A stretch of 64,000 nt of DNA from Candidatus Saccharimonadales bacterium. GTDB taxonomy: Bacteria > Patescibacteriota > Saccharimonadia > Saccharimonadales > EFPC-124. Every line of letters starts with the position of its first letter. The first letter of the stretch is position 1. Positions 51,807 to 61,406 of the stretch are shown here, piece by piece. The notes under the pieces are model-generated. The model was given only the letters and a program-made list of their open reading frames with translations. It was not told the origin of the DNA and ran no database searches. The stretch covers positions 2,894 to 66,893 of the forward strand of contig JBOHNX010000002.1 of NCBI GenBank assembly GCA_050730875.1, in the 5' to 3' direction. The position numbers were made by a program, and so were the translations under genes.

Positions 51807-53030
51807 ATGGCAAAGTTTTCGTATAACGCAATGAATGCTCAGCATAGACCCGTAACCGGTAGTATCGAAGCAACCGACCGCAACGCCGTGGCAGCCTTGC
51901 TCGCCAAACAAGGATTGCAGCCAATCAGTATCAAGGAAGAAGGTAAGAAAAAAGGTAGCCTTGATATCCCATTCCTTAAGCCCAAGGTGAAGTCGAAGGA
52001 TCTCGTAGTATTTACGCGCCAGCTCAGCACTATGGTAAGTGCGGGTGTGCCACTGCTGCGCGCACTTACAACCCTAAAAGAACAATCCGAGAGTAAAGCC
52101 TTGCAAGAGGTAATGGAAGTCGTTAATAAAGATGTCCAGAGCGGCACTAGCCTAGCGGATGCCTTTGCCAAGCACCCCAAAGTTTTTGGCGATATTTACG
52201 TCAACATGGTGCGCGCCGGTGAGGCGGGCGGTATTTTGGAAGACATTTTGAAACGTCTGGCTTTGCAGCAGGAAAAGAGCGAGTCGATCCGTAAGAAAGT
52301 AAAAGGTGCCATGACCTACCCGACTGTACTAATAATTATTACCATTGGCGCGTTCTTTGGCCTGATGCTCTTTGTGGTGCCGCAGATCGGTAAAATCGTG
52401 AAGGATTTAGGTGGCCCGGATGCTGAGCTGCCGGCGTTAACGCAAGTTATGCTTGGTATTAGCGAGTTTCTGCAGACTAAATGGTACATATTTATTGCGG
52501 TCGTAGTGCTGATAGCATTTTTTGGCACACGCTACATTCGCACACCCAAGGGTAAACTACAATTCCACACGGTTATTCTTAAAGTTCCCGCTATCGGGCA
52601 AATTGTGCGCAAACTTGCGGTTGCGCGCTTTGCCCGAACCTTCTCTGCCCTACTTGGCGCCGGGGTTAGCGTGCTCGAGGCGCTTAAAGTAACCGGCAAT
52701 GCTGTTGGCAACTTAGCGTATAAAAAAGAGTTGGAAAAAGCGGCCGAGGGTGTAAAAAACGGTAAACAGCTGTCCGAAACGCTCACCGGTAACCCGCTCT
52801 TCCCACAAATTGTGCCGCAAATGCTCGCCGTCGGTGAAGAAACCGGCCAAACAGACACAATTCTTGTTAAAGTCGCCGAATTTTACGAAGAAGAAGTCGA
52901 TACCATGATCGGCAGCCTCAGCTCAATCATCGAACCAATCATGATCGTCGTCATGGGCGGCATGGTCGGCCTCATCGCCGCCAGCGTCCTCGGCCCAATC
53001 TCTAGTCTGTCTCAAAACATCCAAGGCTAA
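51807..53030 (+). CDS. pilC: type IV pilus platform protein PilC (T2SS F family)
   Basis: Two T2SSF repeats, three TM spans, typical 407-aa length. Confidence 0.9.
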   Translation: MAKFSYNAMNAQHRPVTGSIEATDRNAVAALLAKQGLQPISIKEEGKKKGSLDIPFLKPKVKSKDLVVFTRQLSTMVSAGVPLLRALTTLKEQSESKALQEVMEVVNKDVQSGTSLADAFAKHPKVFGDIYVNMVRAGEAGGILEDILKRLALQQEKSESIRKKVKGAMTYPTVLIIITIGAFFGLMLFVVPQIGKIVKDLGGPDAELPALTQVMLGISEFLQTKWYIFIAVVVLIAFFGTRYIRTPKGKLQFHTVILKVPAIGQIVRKLAVARFARTFSALLGAGVSVLEALKVTGNAVGNLAYKKELEKAAEGVKNGKQLSETLTGNPLFPQIVPQMLAVGEETGQTDTILVKVAEFYEEEVDTMIGSLSSIIEPIMIVVMGGMVGLIAASVLGPISSLSQNIQG

Positions 53031-53092
53031 ATTGAAGAACCCCCGAACGCTTCACGCAATTCGGGGGTCTGCTCTTCAGGATTCAGCGATGA

Positions 53093-55333
53093 CTACGCCA
53101 GCGCAGCCATCACCAGTTCATAGATCTTTTGCACACCAGCGGCGTTGGGGTGGTAACTGTACTCCTCGTTCTGCAGGTCCACCCCATTCACCCAAGGAGT
53201 GGAGCTGCACATTGTGTGCTCACCAAACGACTCCGCAAGTGGGACGAACGTGAAGCCCGCCTGTATAGCCTCTGTTTCGATGATTGAATTGAGCGTAGTG
53301 CCGATATCATCGACCAGATTTTCCTCAGTCGAAGTCATGGAATGCAGCAGCCAGTCGCAATGCGGTTGACCCGGCAAGCCCATGAACATCGGATACCCCA
53401 CCGCGATCACCAAGGCATTAGGTGCCTTTGTGGCAATCGCGGCATAAGTGTCCTCGATCTTCTCTTCGAACCCTGGCGCGTGCACATTACTGTTGATGAC
53501 GCTCAGTGTGTTCTCACACACCTGCGCGTCCACTGTCAGCGTGCACGCAAGCATGCCGTTTGCAAAATCGATGTCATTGCCACCGATGCTCAGCACAATC
53601 ACATCAGCATCAGTCGGTACGGCATCGAGCTGCTTGGGCTCACCCCACTGTCCAGCACCCGTAATATTCTGCGTTGTCGCACCAGAACACGCAGGGAAAC
53701 TGACCAAATTGAGGTGGAGCGCGGGATTGTAGTCGAGTTTGAGTGGATACGCCTTCTTACTCCGATGGCACTCATTCGAGTTATCGATGTCCGTCCCAGC
53801 CAGAAAATCCGGTACACCTTCGCCGGAAATATACGAATCCCCTGCGGCAACCATCTTCTTCGGCGCAGGCGCTCCAGGCTGATAGCCCATGAACAACCCC
53901 CGCGGATAGTCGATGGTAACTGGCGCATCAATCTTGTAGAGCTTCTGCGGGTTCGAGTTCACGTCACATTGGGACGAATTGAAGGTATTCCTGCAAACCG
54001 CCGCATGGATACTGCCCGGCGACAAGCCGAATGGCGTAGCCTTGCTCTCGAGCGAACCGTCGGTACTAACGTGAAAGTATTCTCGACTGCTCGCTCCAAT
54101 TTCGTCCGTCGAAAAACTGAACGTCTGATTGCCTGCCGCATCGTAAACGAGAATCTTAATCATACGGTCAAGATCACCGTTCAATTTGTACCCGTACATC
54201 GGCACAACAATATTGCCATCCAGGTCGACTTGTGCATGATAGTAGACGATCGGATAGTTAGAGTTACCTACCACTAATCCAGTGGTTTGAATGGTGTGCG
54301 TTACGACACTACCATCCGCTTCCAGTTTCACAAGCTTGTCGACTTGCGGACTGGTCATTTGGCGACCAACGAACGCATAACCGCCATCCGGCGTAACGAC
54401 GCTCGCATACCACGGCACCGTAATACACAACGGCGTCATGTCGAAGGTTGAAACAGTACCGTTAAAGCTCCTCTTGGTGATGGCGCGAATGTGGTCCTGC
54501 CGTGCCGTACATGGGTCCAGCGAACTAGAAGCCTTGTTTTGCCGAATTGCAAAGAAAACGTCGCCATCTACATCGAAGGTCGTCCCCGCCACTATTTGGC
54601 CGCTTGGAAGCGTCGGCAGCGTGTAGGTCTTAGATGTATCTTCCACGCCGTCATAGTCGAAGTAGCGCAGCGTTGGTTCGTCGAAGACGACCAAACCGGT
54701 CGCATGCACACCAAAACGCCAGTAATTGTAGGGACTGGGCGGAGTACTGATAACCTTTTTGAACTTGAGTTGCCCGCTCTGAGCGTCGATTCCGAACATT
54801 GTGGGGTTGTCAGAGCCATTGCAACCGACGGTACCCATCACGTATACGTCACCGTCAGCACCAACCTGCACCTCGCGAACCGAATACGGATAACCAGCAC
54901 ATGTGCCGAGGTGGTATTGCCACAACAACTCATTGTTCTTATAGGCAGCAACGATAGGCATATCTCCACCGCTACGCTTCTTAGTGAAGATAGTTCCATC
55001 TGCAGCCACCGCCCCATCGTTGCACATAAGAGCAGCGATGTTCCAGGAGCTGGGCTGTGGAACTTGAGTAATCGTATTACCCAAACCATCGATCGTTTTC
55101 ACCCATGTTGCAGATTGAGATCCCTCCCCCCTACATCTATTCAGCGTCGCCATGCCGTTGCCGTGCGTGTAGATACTATTAACGTATATGTCCGTCAGGG
55201 TAGCAACATGCTTCACCCCAGCATGTGCCGGCTGCGCCGGGCTGACCACAAGTACAAGGCTCGTTGTTCCAAGCACGGCCGCGACTAGCAAGGCTAGCCG
55301 GGTGTACCAACTGTGTCGAAACACAGCTCTCAC
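53093..55333 (-). CDS. secreted protein: N-terminal beta-rich (propeller-like) region + C-terminal SGNH/GDSL hydrolase
   Basis: Signal peptide. GDSL block AAGDSYISGEG, block II SIGGNDI, and a C-terminal H in SYHPN. Confidence 0.65.
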   Translation of the reverse strand: MRAVFRHSWYTRLALLVAAVLGTTSLVLVVSPAQPAHAGVKHVATLTDIYVNSIYTHGNGMATLNRCRGEGSQSATWVKTIDGLGNTITQVPQPSSWNIAALMCNDGAVAADGTIFTKKRSGGDMPIVAAYKNNELLWQYHLGTCAGYPYSVREVQVGADGDVYVMGTVGCNGSDNPTMFGIDAQSGQLKFKKVISTPPSPYNYWRFGVHATGLVVFDEPTLRYFDYDGVEDTSKTYTLPTLPSGQIVAGTTFDVDGDVFFAIRQNKASSSLDPCTARQDHIRAITKRSFNGTVSTFDMTPLCITVPWYASVVTPDGGYAFVGRQMTSPQVDKLVKLEADGSVVTHTIQTTGLVVGNSNYPIVYYHAQVDLDGNIVVPMYGYKLNGDLDRMIKILVYDAAGNQTFSFSTDEIGASSREYFHVSTDGSLESKATPFGLSPGSIHAAVCRNTFNSSQCDVNSNPQKLYKIDAPVTIDYPRGLFMGYQPGAPAPKKMVAAGDSYISGEGVPDFLAGTDIDNSNECHRSKKAYPLKLDYNPALHLNLVSFPACSGATTQNITGAGQWGEPKQLDAVPTDADVIVLSIGGNDIDFANGMLACTLTVDAQVCENTLSVINSNVHAPGFEEKIEDTYAAIATKAPNALVIAVGYPMFMGLPGQPHCDWLLHSMTSTEENLVDDIGTTLNSIIETEAIQAGFTFVPLAESFGEHTMCSSTPWVNGVDLQNEEYSYHPNAAGVQKIYELVMAALA

Positions 55334-55478
55334 TTCCTTCCATCAACTAATTTTTAAAGAACGAGGCCTAGCCGGATGACTAAAGCCTTTCCCGAAGAGC
55401 GTTTTCACAGTACATGACTTTGGTTATGGAGTGCAAGTCGTTTTCACCACATTTTTCTCCACAGGTAACATCAACATA

Positions 55479-55506
55479 TTGACGTTATGTCGGTTATGGT
55501 TATACT
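55479..55506 (+). promoter_or_regulatory. candidate sigma-70-type promoter of the major pilin gene
   Basis: TTGACG - 16 nt - TATACT, about 70 nt upstream of the pilin ATG. Confidence 0.35.
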
Positions 55507-55577
55507 TAAGCTCAAGACGCGATAAAGATCTCGCGGCTATGGCATTATTAATACAGCCGTAACTAAAGGGGGGCATA

Positions 55578-56042
55578 ATGCTCAAAAAATCAATGCAAAA
55601 AGGCTTCACGATCGTCGAACTTCTGATCGTGATCGTGGTCATCGGTATCTTGGCCGCGTTAGTGCTTAACACCTTCAGTGGTGTACAGCAACGAGCTCGT
55701 GATACTGAGCGACAAACCGATATAAATAACCTTGCTACACAGCTTGAGGCATATTACAACGGTGATGGAAACGGAACATATCCTCGTGCTGACGAATTCG
55801 ACACCGACGCTGAGCTAACTGCTCTATTCCCGGGTGTTGACGCTGGAGTAATTAGTGCGCCAAATGACGCAACTCCACCAAGCCTTCAAAACACAGCAGC
55901 AACAGTAGCGGATCAATACGGGTATGTTGCCCTCGACTCTGCTGGCACAGCCTGTGACGGCACCGACGACTGCGTAAGCTACACCCTTTCTTACTTTAAG
56001 GAAGATGGCGGTGCACAGACAAAAGCAAGCCTTAACAAGTAA
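55578..56042 (+). CDS. pilA: type IV major pilin
   Basis: Prepilin leader MLKKSMQKG|FTIVELLIVIVVIGILAAL with Glu5. Confidence 0.85.
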   Translation: MLKKSMQKGFTIVELLIVIVVIGILAALVLNTFSGVQQRARDTERQTDINNLATQLEAYYNGDGNGTYPRADEFDTDAELTALFPGVDAGVISAPNDATPPSLQNTAATVADQYGYVALDSAGTACDGTDDCVSYTLSYFKEDGGAQTKASLNK

Positions 56043-56062
56043 TCTACTTGCACTAATGCGCG

Positions 56063-56088
56063 AACGACCCTCGTTACCGAGGGTCGTT
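56063..56088 (+). terminator. hairpin after the major pilin gene
   Basis: AACGACCCTCG-TTAC-CGAGGGTCGTT, followed by only a short T tract. Confidence 0.5.
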
Positions 56089-56120
56089 TAGTATGTAGAA
56101 CTATGCTAGCATAAGCATTA

Positions 56121-56603
56121 ATGGGCAAAGTGACTCGTTCGTTATCGGCAGGTTATACAATTGTCGAATTTATCGTTGTAATAGCGGTGATCGGCATTTT
56201 AGCAGCTCTAGCGTTTACTGGTATCACAAATTCACAAGCGAGAGCACGCGATGCCGAGCGAGTGGCAGATATGAACACCCTTCACAGCCGGCTCGAGGAG
56301 TACCATAACGACAAAGGCGGTTATCCAAACACGTTTACGGCTACTACATTTGCCGGGATTGACCCGGAGGCGTTGAAGGATCCGAACGGCAACAGCATTA
56401 CTATAAGCTCAACTGTTTCCGACCAAGCAGCGGCGCGGGCAGTTGCCAGTCCGACTGGCTCAGGAGCGCAGTATATTTACATCCCCTACCCCACAGGCTG
56501 CACGGCAATTACTTGCACTGGCTATGTACTAAAAAGCTACATAGAGCAACCTAACGGCGACATTCCCAACCCCTACGCTCGCTACGGCCTGAACAATAAT
56601 TAA
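56121..56603 (+). CDS. type IV pilin-like protein
   Basis: Leader ...SAG|YTIVEFIVVIAVIGILAALA with Glu5. Confidence 0.8.
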   Translation: MGKVTRSLSAGYTIVEFIVVIAVIGILAALAFTGITNSQARARDAERVADMNTLHSRLEEYHNDKGGYPNTFTATTFAGIDPEALKDPNGNSITISSTVSDQAAARAVASPTGSGAQYIYIPYPTGCTAITCTGYVLKSYIEQPNGDIPNPYARYGLNNN

Positions 56604-56639
56604 CTTAAGCGATATGCTATTATAAGGCCAAGTAACTCT

Positions 56640-57044
56640 TTGATTATGCCCAAAACAAAGGCCGAACTTGGCTTCACTATTACCGAGCTACTAGTCACGA
56701 TTGCGTTCTTTGCAATCACTATTCCGGTGCTGGCCGGTTTGATTTCTATGTTAGATGGTGTGAACGACCGTGCGCGCGACATTGCCAGTATTAACGGCGT
56801 TGTCGAAAACAAAATTGAGGGACTACGCAGCATTAGTTTTGCCGGCCTCACCGATGGTACGACCGATTTTACCAATGAGCTCCCCGCCTCTATCGGCGTG
56901 CCGCGTTCGGCAAACTACACCATTGCTGCAGTCAATGCAGCTATCAAACAAATTGACGTAACGGTTATTTACAACGATCACGGCAACACGCGAACGCTAA
57001 CGTACAGAACGTACATAGGAGAACTCGGTGTCGGCCAATACTAA
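56640..57044 (+). CDS. minor pilin / pseudopilin
   Basis: Leader ...ELG|FTITELLVTIAFFAI. Confidence 0.7.
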   Translation: MIMPKTKAELGFTITELLVTIAFFAITIPVLAGLISMLDGVNDRARDIASINGVVENKIEGLRSISFAGLTDGTTDFTNELPASIGVPRSANYTIAAVNAAIKQIDVTVIYNDHGNTRTLTYRTYIGELGVGQY

Positions 57045-57699
57045 TAAAGAATCTGGAACGACGTTGGTCGAGCTCCTTATTGCTACGGCGATTATCGGCT
57101 TGCTTATTGTGCCGACAGTTGTGGTGATGGTCTACTTTTACGGCGGCACGGTTAAAAACAGCACCTCTGCAAAGCTGGCTGTCGAATCGCAAAACGTGCT
57201 ACGTTTGATGGTCGAGGAGTTACGCGTGAGCTCTGGCGTGCGCGATACCAACACTATTTTTGATGCTAACGGCCCATCTGGCGGCTGGACAACTAGTGTT
57301 GCGAACCTGGTGCTGATTGTGTCCACGCCTGTCATGGATAACAACAATAACTATGTCATGAACCCTGCCACCGGCGCGCCTTACCAAAACGAAACAGTGT
57401 ATTTTGCGAGCAATGGCACGCTCTACAAACGCTACTTAGCAAATGCCAGCGCGCCAGGTAACCGCTTTAAAACCAGCTGCCCAGAAGCCTCCGCCACCGC
57501 TACATGCCCTCCCGACGTTGTATTGAGCAATCATTTTAAAGATATGACCTTTATCTTTTACGACCAAGATAATATCCAAACGAGCACGCTAGCAGCTGCC
57601 CGTTCTATTCAAATGGCTATTCAAATGGAGCAAAAAGCGTACGGGCACACCATTACATTCGATAACAACATCCGCATAACACTGAGGAACACGTTATGA
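57028..57699 (+). CDS. minor pilin / pseudopilin
   Basis: Leader ...ESG|TTLVELLIATAIIGLL. It overlaps the previous gene. Confidence 0.7.
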   Translation: MSANTNKESGTTLVELLIATAIIGLLIVPTVVVMVYFYGGTVKNSTSAKLAVESQNVLRLMVEELRVSSGVRDTNTIFDANGPSGGWTTSVANLVLIVSTPVMDNNNNYVMNPATGAPYQNETVYFASNGTLYKRYLANASAPGNRFKTSCPEASATATCPPDVVLSNHFKDMTFIFYDQDNIQTSTLAAARSIQMAIQMEQKAYGHTITFDNNIRITLRNTL

Positions 57700-59066
57700 G
57701 GCAAGAGCGCGGTTTCGTCTTAGTCGCCCTGCTCGTTACTACGTTCTTTATTGTTGCGGCAGGTGTCGCGACCGCACAGTTAGCGCTGACGAACCTGCAG
57801 GCTGCCAGTGTTGATCAACATCGTGTAAATGCGCAGTTCGCCGCCGATGCCGGACTAGACCGCGCCATTTACGATCTCAACCAAGATGATAACTGGACCG
57901 GCTCTGGCAGCGAGGTGATTTTGTACGAAGACAGTAAAGTGAGAACCACCTACGAAACTACTGTAGTTAACGATGCGACTGACGAATACAAAAAGTACAT
58001 TCGCGTCACTGGCCGCACTTATGCGCCAAAAACTAGCTCGACTGCCCGTGTAGAGCGTAAGTTTGAAGTAGCTATGCGAGCCATTACTGCCGGTAACTTC
58101 TCAGTTGTTACAGGTGTGGGCGGTTTGATTATGACCAATAACTCTAAGATCGTTGGCGGTAACGTATACGTGAACGGTGAAATTAATATGAGCAACTCAG
58201 CTCAGATCGGCCTTACTACTTCGCCCGTGAGCGTAAAGGCTGCGCACCAAAGCTGTCCATCGCCGCCCGATTCTAACTACCCTCGTGTTTGCAGCTCTGG
58301 CGAAAATGGTCAGCCAATCACACTTAACAATCTGGCGAAAATTTATGGCGAGGTGCAGGCCACCAACCAAACAAATGGCTCTGGCATGTCGAACCCTGGT
58401 TTAGTAGGAGGCAGTGTCGCACCCTCTGCACTGCCGACCCACGACCGCGTGGCGCAAGTAAATGCTGTGGCGAACACGCAAACAGGCGCCTCTGCTGGTT
58501 GTTCGAGTGGTACCAAGATATGGCCAGCCAACTTAAAGATAACCGGGGATGTTACAATCTCGAACACGTGTAATGTGACGGTTGAAGGTGATGTCTGGAT
58601 TACCGGTAGGCTGACGCTCAGCAACTCGGCCGAGTTAGTTGTAAATAACGGTTTGACGACTGCGCCAGTTCTGATGAGCGATGGCCAAAACGGGCTTCGC
58701 CTTAACAACGGTACTATTTTACGCTCGAACGCGAATGCTACACCTGTTGGTTTCCGGGTTGTGACGTACTGGAGTACTAACTCATGCACTATTTCCACCA
58801 CCAGCCCGTGTGAACTTACTGGGACCGACCTCTACAATAGCCGCAATACGACCACAATCGAACTCAACAACAGCTCATCTGGTCCGCAAACAGAATTTTA
58901 CGCCAGGTGGAGTCGTGTAGCCTTAGGCAACTCTGGCAACGTTGGCGCGGTTGTGGGACAGACAGTGCAGTTGAGCAACTCGGGTACGATTAGCTTTGGT
59001 ACGAGTGTGAGCGGCGTAGGTGGTATTTCGGCTTGGGTCGTCGATTCCTACAAGCGTACATTTTAG
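57696..59066 (+). CDS. PilX-like large minor pilin / tip-associated protein
   Basis: N-terminal RGFVLVALLVTTFFIV (no Glu5, as I recall is typical of PilX-like proteins). Long Gly/Asn/Thr-rich beta region. Confidence 0.6.
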   Translation: MRQERGFVLVALLVTTFFIVAAGVATAQLALTNLQAASVDQHRVNAQFAADAGLDRAIYDLNQDDNWTGSGSEVILYEDSKVRTTYETTVVNDATDEYKKYIRVTGRTYAPKTSSTARVERKFEVAMRAITAGNFSVVTGVGGLIMTNNSKIVGGNVYVNGEINMSNSAQIGLTTSPVSVKAAHQSCPSPPDSNYPRVCSSGENGQPITLNNLAKIYGEVQATNQTNGSGMSNPGLVGGSVAPSALPTHDRVAQVNAVANTQTGASAGCSSGTKIWPANLKITGDVTISNTCNVTVEGDVWITGRLTLSNSAELVVNNGLTTAPVLMSDGQNGLRLNNGTILRSNANATPVGFRVVTYWSTNSCTISTTSPCELTGTDLYNSRNTTTIELNNSSSGPQTEFYARWSRVALGNSGNVGAVVGQTVQLSNSGTISFGTSVSGVGGISAWVVDSYKRTF

Positions 59067-59109
59067 CGCTTATGCTATAATTGGCTTAAGTTACACTAGT
59101 GGGCATCGC

Positions 59110-60168
59110 ATGTCAAAATTGTTCCATAAAGACAAACCTATTGCCGGCATTGATATAAGCACGACAGGCGTCAAAATGATGGCCATTCATCCAAAACGAA
59201 TGACCGTTATTGGCTATGGCTCGGTGGATCTTGACCCGAACAAGGTACAAGGCAGCTTAAGTAAAAGTGATGATTACATTGCGTTAGGGATCAAAAAATT
59301 AGTCCATGAAAAACTGGTAGGTCACCTGCCAAGTAACCAGGTAGTAGTAAGTGTACCAACAAACCGTACCTATAGCCGTACGATGAATTTGCCCATGGAT
59401 GCCGAAGGCAACCTCGATGAAGCCGTGCAACTCGAGGCAGATCAATATATTCCTATTGCGACGTCCGAACTTAACATCGATTACGAAATTATCGACCGCA
59501 CTAAAAAGAATCTCACTGTTCTAATTTCGGCTGTCCCGAAAAAGGTTGTCGAATCTGTTGTGTCATCGTGCGAAAAGGCCGGCTTCGAGCCCGTACTGGT
59601 TGAACCGGGCATTAACGCGGCTGCGCGATTGGTGGGCGCGACCGAAGAAGGCCATTTGCCGAGTATCATTGTAGACGTCGGTGCAGCGACAAGTGATATT
59701 GCTTTACTCGACCAAGGTATTATTCGCGTCACTGGCGGCGCTGCTGTTGGTGGACACACTTTCACTTTCCGAATTTCCGAGAAGCTTAAAGTTAGCCTTG
59801 AAGAAGCCCATCAACTGAAGGTGCACAGTGGCCTAAACGTTGGCCCGCATCAGGCTAAGCTCCAGTCGGCGCTTTCGCCCCTGCTGGACCAAATCGCGAC
59901 CGAAACTCGCAAAATTATCCGCTACTATAACGAACGCCTGGAATCAAAGACTAAAGTCGAGCAGATAATTATCGTCGGTGGTGGCTCGAACCTCCCAGGT
60001 CTTGGCGAATTTATGACTGAAGCCATGCTTATGCCTGCACGTGTTGGTAACCCATGGCACGCGCTGAGTTTCGGTAAACTTCAGCCTCCAACCAAGCAGT
60101 TTAAGCCACGTTACGTTAACGCGGCCGGCTTGGCACTGGTAGACCCAAAGGAGGTGTGGTCGTCATGA
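59110..60168 (+). CDS. pilM: type IV pilus assembly protein PilM (actin-like ATPase fold)
   Basis: IAGIDISTTGVKMMAI N-terminus and IIVGGGSNLPGL. ATG at 59110. Confidence 0.85.
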   Translation: MSKLFHKDKPIAGIDISTTGVKMMAIHPKRMTVIGYGSVDLDPNKVQGSLSKSDDYIALGIKKLVHEKLVGHLPSNQVVVSVPTNRTYSRTMNLPMDAEGNLDEAVQLEADQYIPIATSELNIDYEIIDRTKKNLTVLISAVPKKVVESVVSSCEKAGFEPVLVEPGINAAARLVGATEEGHLPSIIVDVGAATSDIALLDQGIIRVTGGAAVGGHTFTFRISEKLKVSLEEAHQLKVHSGLNVGPHQAKLQSALSPLLDQIATETRKIIRYYNERLESKTKVEQIIIVGGGSNLPGLGEFMTEAMLMPARVGNPWHALSFGKLQPPTKQFKPRYVNAAGLALVDPKEVWSS

Positions 60169-60269
60169 TTTTTCCTTTGCAAGAATGTCGTAATGCTGCC
60201 AGAGGACGTAGTCCTATGATTTTTCCTTTGTGTAACAATAATATGCTGCCAGGAGCCAACGGCTCGTGA
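60165..60269 (+). CDS. possible 34-aa micro-ORF with internal duplication, overlapping the pilM stop and pilN start
   Basis: ATGA overlap with the pilM stop and GTGA overlap with the pilN start. Sequence: MIFPLQECRNAARGRSPMIFPLCNNNMLPGANGS. The underlying DNA is a roughly 50-bp tandem duplication. Confidence 0.25.
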   Translation: MIFPLQECRNAARGRSPMIFPLCNNNMLPGANGS

Positions 60270-60862
60270 TTAACCTACTACCTCTTGAAACCAAGCATCA
60301 AATTCGTGCCGCTCGTACAAACCGAGTACTTCGCCGCTACTGTGTACTGTTGGTTCTGACGGGTTTGCTACTCGGCAGTGTGTTTGCCGGAGGTTTCTGG
60401 GTCGCCGCAGAAGAAAAGGCGCTCGCCGAATCACTAAAAGCAAGTAGCCAGCAATCTGCACAGGAATACGCTCAGACCCGCAAGGCAGCCGAGGATTTCG
60501 CAAAAGATCTAGCCACAGCTAAGACAATCCTGGCTAGTAACGTGAGCTTCAGTAAGGTCGTACTCGATATTGCAGGCGTCGTGCCATCTGGTGTTATCCT
60601 CAATAACCTCACCCTTGGCGGAAGCGCTAAGCCAGATGCACCAATCGATATCAGCGGCCGCGCAAAATCGTACGATAACGCGATAAATCTAAAAAATAGC
60701 TTGGAAGAATCGCCTATATTCGAAAATGTCAGCATCGTAAACATCACTACCAATACGGCCGAGCAAACACCCGGCACTAAGGTTGACCCAGTCACCCAAG
60801 AATATCCTTTTACACTCAGCCTGAAAGTGCAGTTTAGCAAGAAACCAGGAGGTAGCCAGTAA
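60266..60862 (+). CDS. pilN: type IV pilus assembly protein PilN
   Basis: GTG start, INLLP motif, a single TM, then a periplasmic-type domain. Confidence 0.75.
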   Translation: MINLLPLETKHQIRAARTNRVLRRYCVLLVLTGLLLGSVFAGGFWVAAEEKALAESLKASSQQSAQEYAQTRKAAEDFAKDLATAKTILASNVSFSKVVLDIAGVVPSGVILNNLTLGGSAKPDAPIDISGRAKSYDNAINLKNSLEESPIFENVSIVNITTNTAEQTPGTKVDPVTQEYPFTLSLKVQFSKKPGGSQ

Positions 60863-61404
60863 TGAACGCTGTGATTCTGCGCTACATCCTTTTGGGCGTT
60901 CTTGTGCTAATGCTACTGGGGCTTGGCGCTGGTGGCTGGTGGCTACAAGATACTCTGACCGCCAAAATGCGCGAGACCGACCACGCCCGTATAGATGCCG
61001 AGCTCAGCCAACAAGAAGTCGAATACCTCAAACAACTTAAAGAACGCTTGGCTCAGCAGAAAGATATCGTTGAGCGCACTAAACAAATCGCCGCAACAGC
61101 AGACCAATACGGTTACCAAGACCAAGTGGTTGGCGACATATCTACCTATGCACGCCGTCACGGTATTACTATTAGTTCGTTCGATTTTAGCGCCGCAGGT
61201 CAAAAAACAGACGCCGCCAAAACCCCTTTTGCCGTAACGTTAAAAGGACCTCTGGCATACATAACCTTCTTGCGGTTCTTACAGGACATCGAGAAAAACC
61301 TGACCAAAATCCAAGTCACCAGCCTAGCGCTTTCGCCAGATACCAAAAACCCTAACAACATCACAAACCCCACGGTCGGGCTTGAGGTGTACTTGAAGAA
61401 ATAA
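60862..61404 (+). CDS. pilO: PilO-like pilus assembly protein
   Basis: TM + coiled coil + alpha/beta domain. Position after pilN, with an overlapping stop/start. Confidence 0.55.
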   Translation: MNAVILRYILLGVLVLMLLGLGAGGWWLQDTLTAKMRETDHARIDAELSQQEVEYLKQLKERLAQQKDIVERTKQIAATADQYGYQDQVVGDISTYARRHGITISSFDFSAAGQKTDAAKTPFAVTLKGPLAYITFLRFLQDIEKNLTKIQVTSLALSPDTKNPNNITNPTVGLEVYLKK

Positions 61405-61406
61405 TT

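Noticed and set aside
60166-60269. Tandem repeats as a small CRISPR-like array
   Set aside because: There are only two imperfect units with no spacer/repeat regularity and no cas genes. This is better described as a junction duplication.
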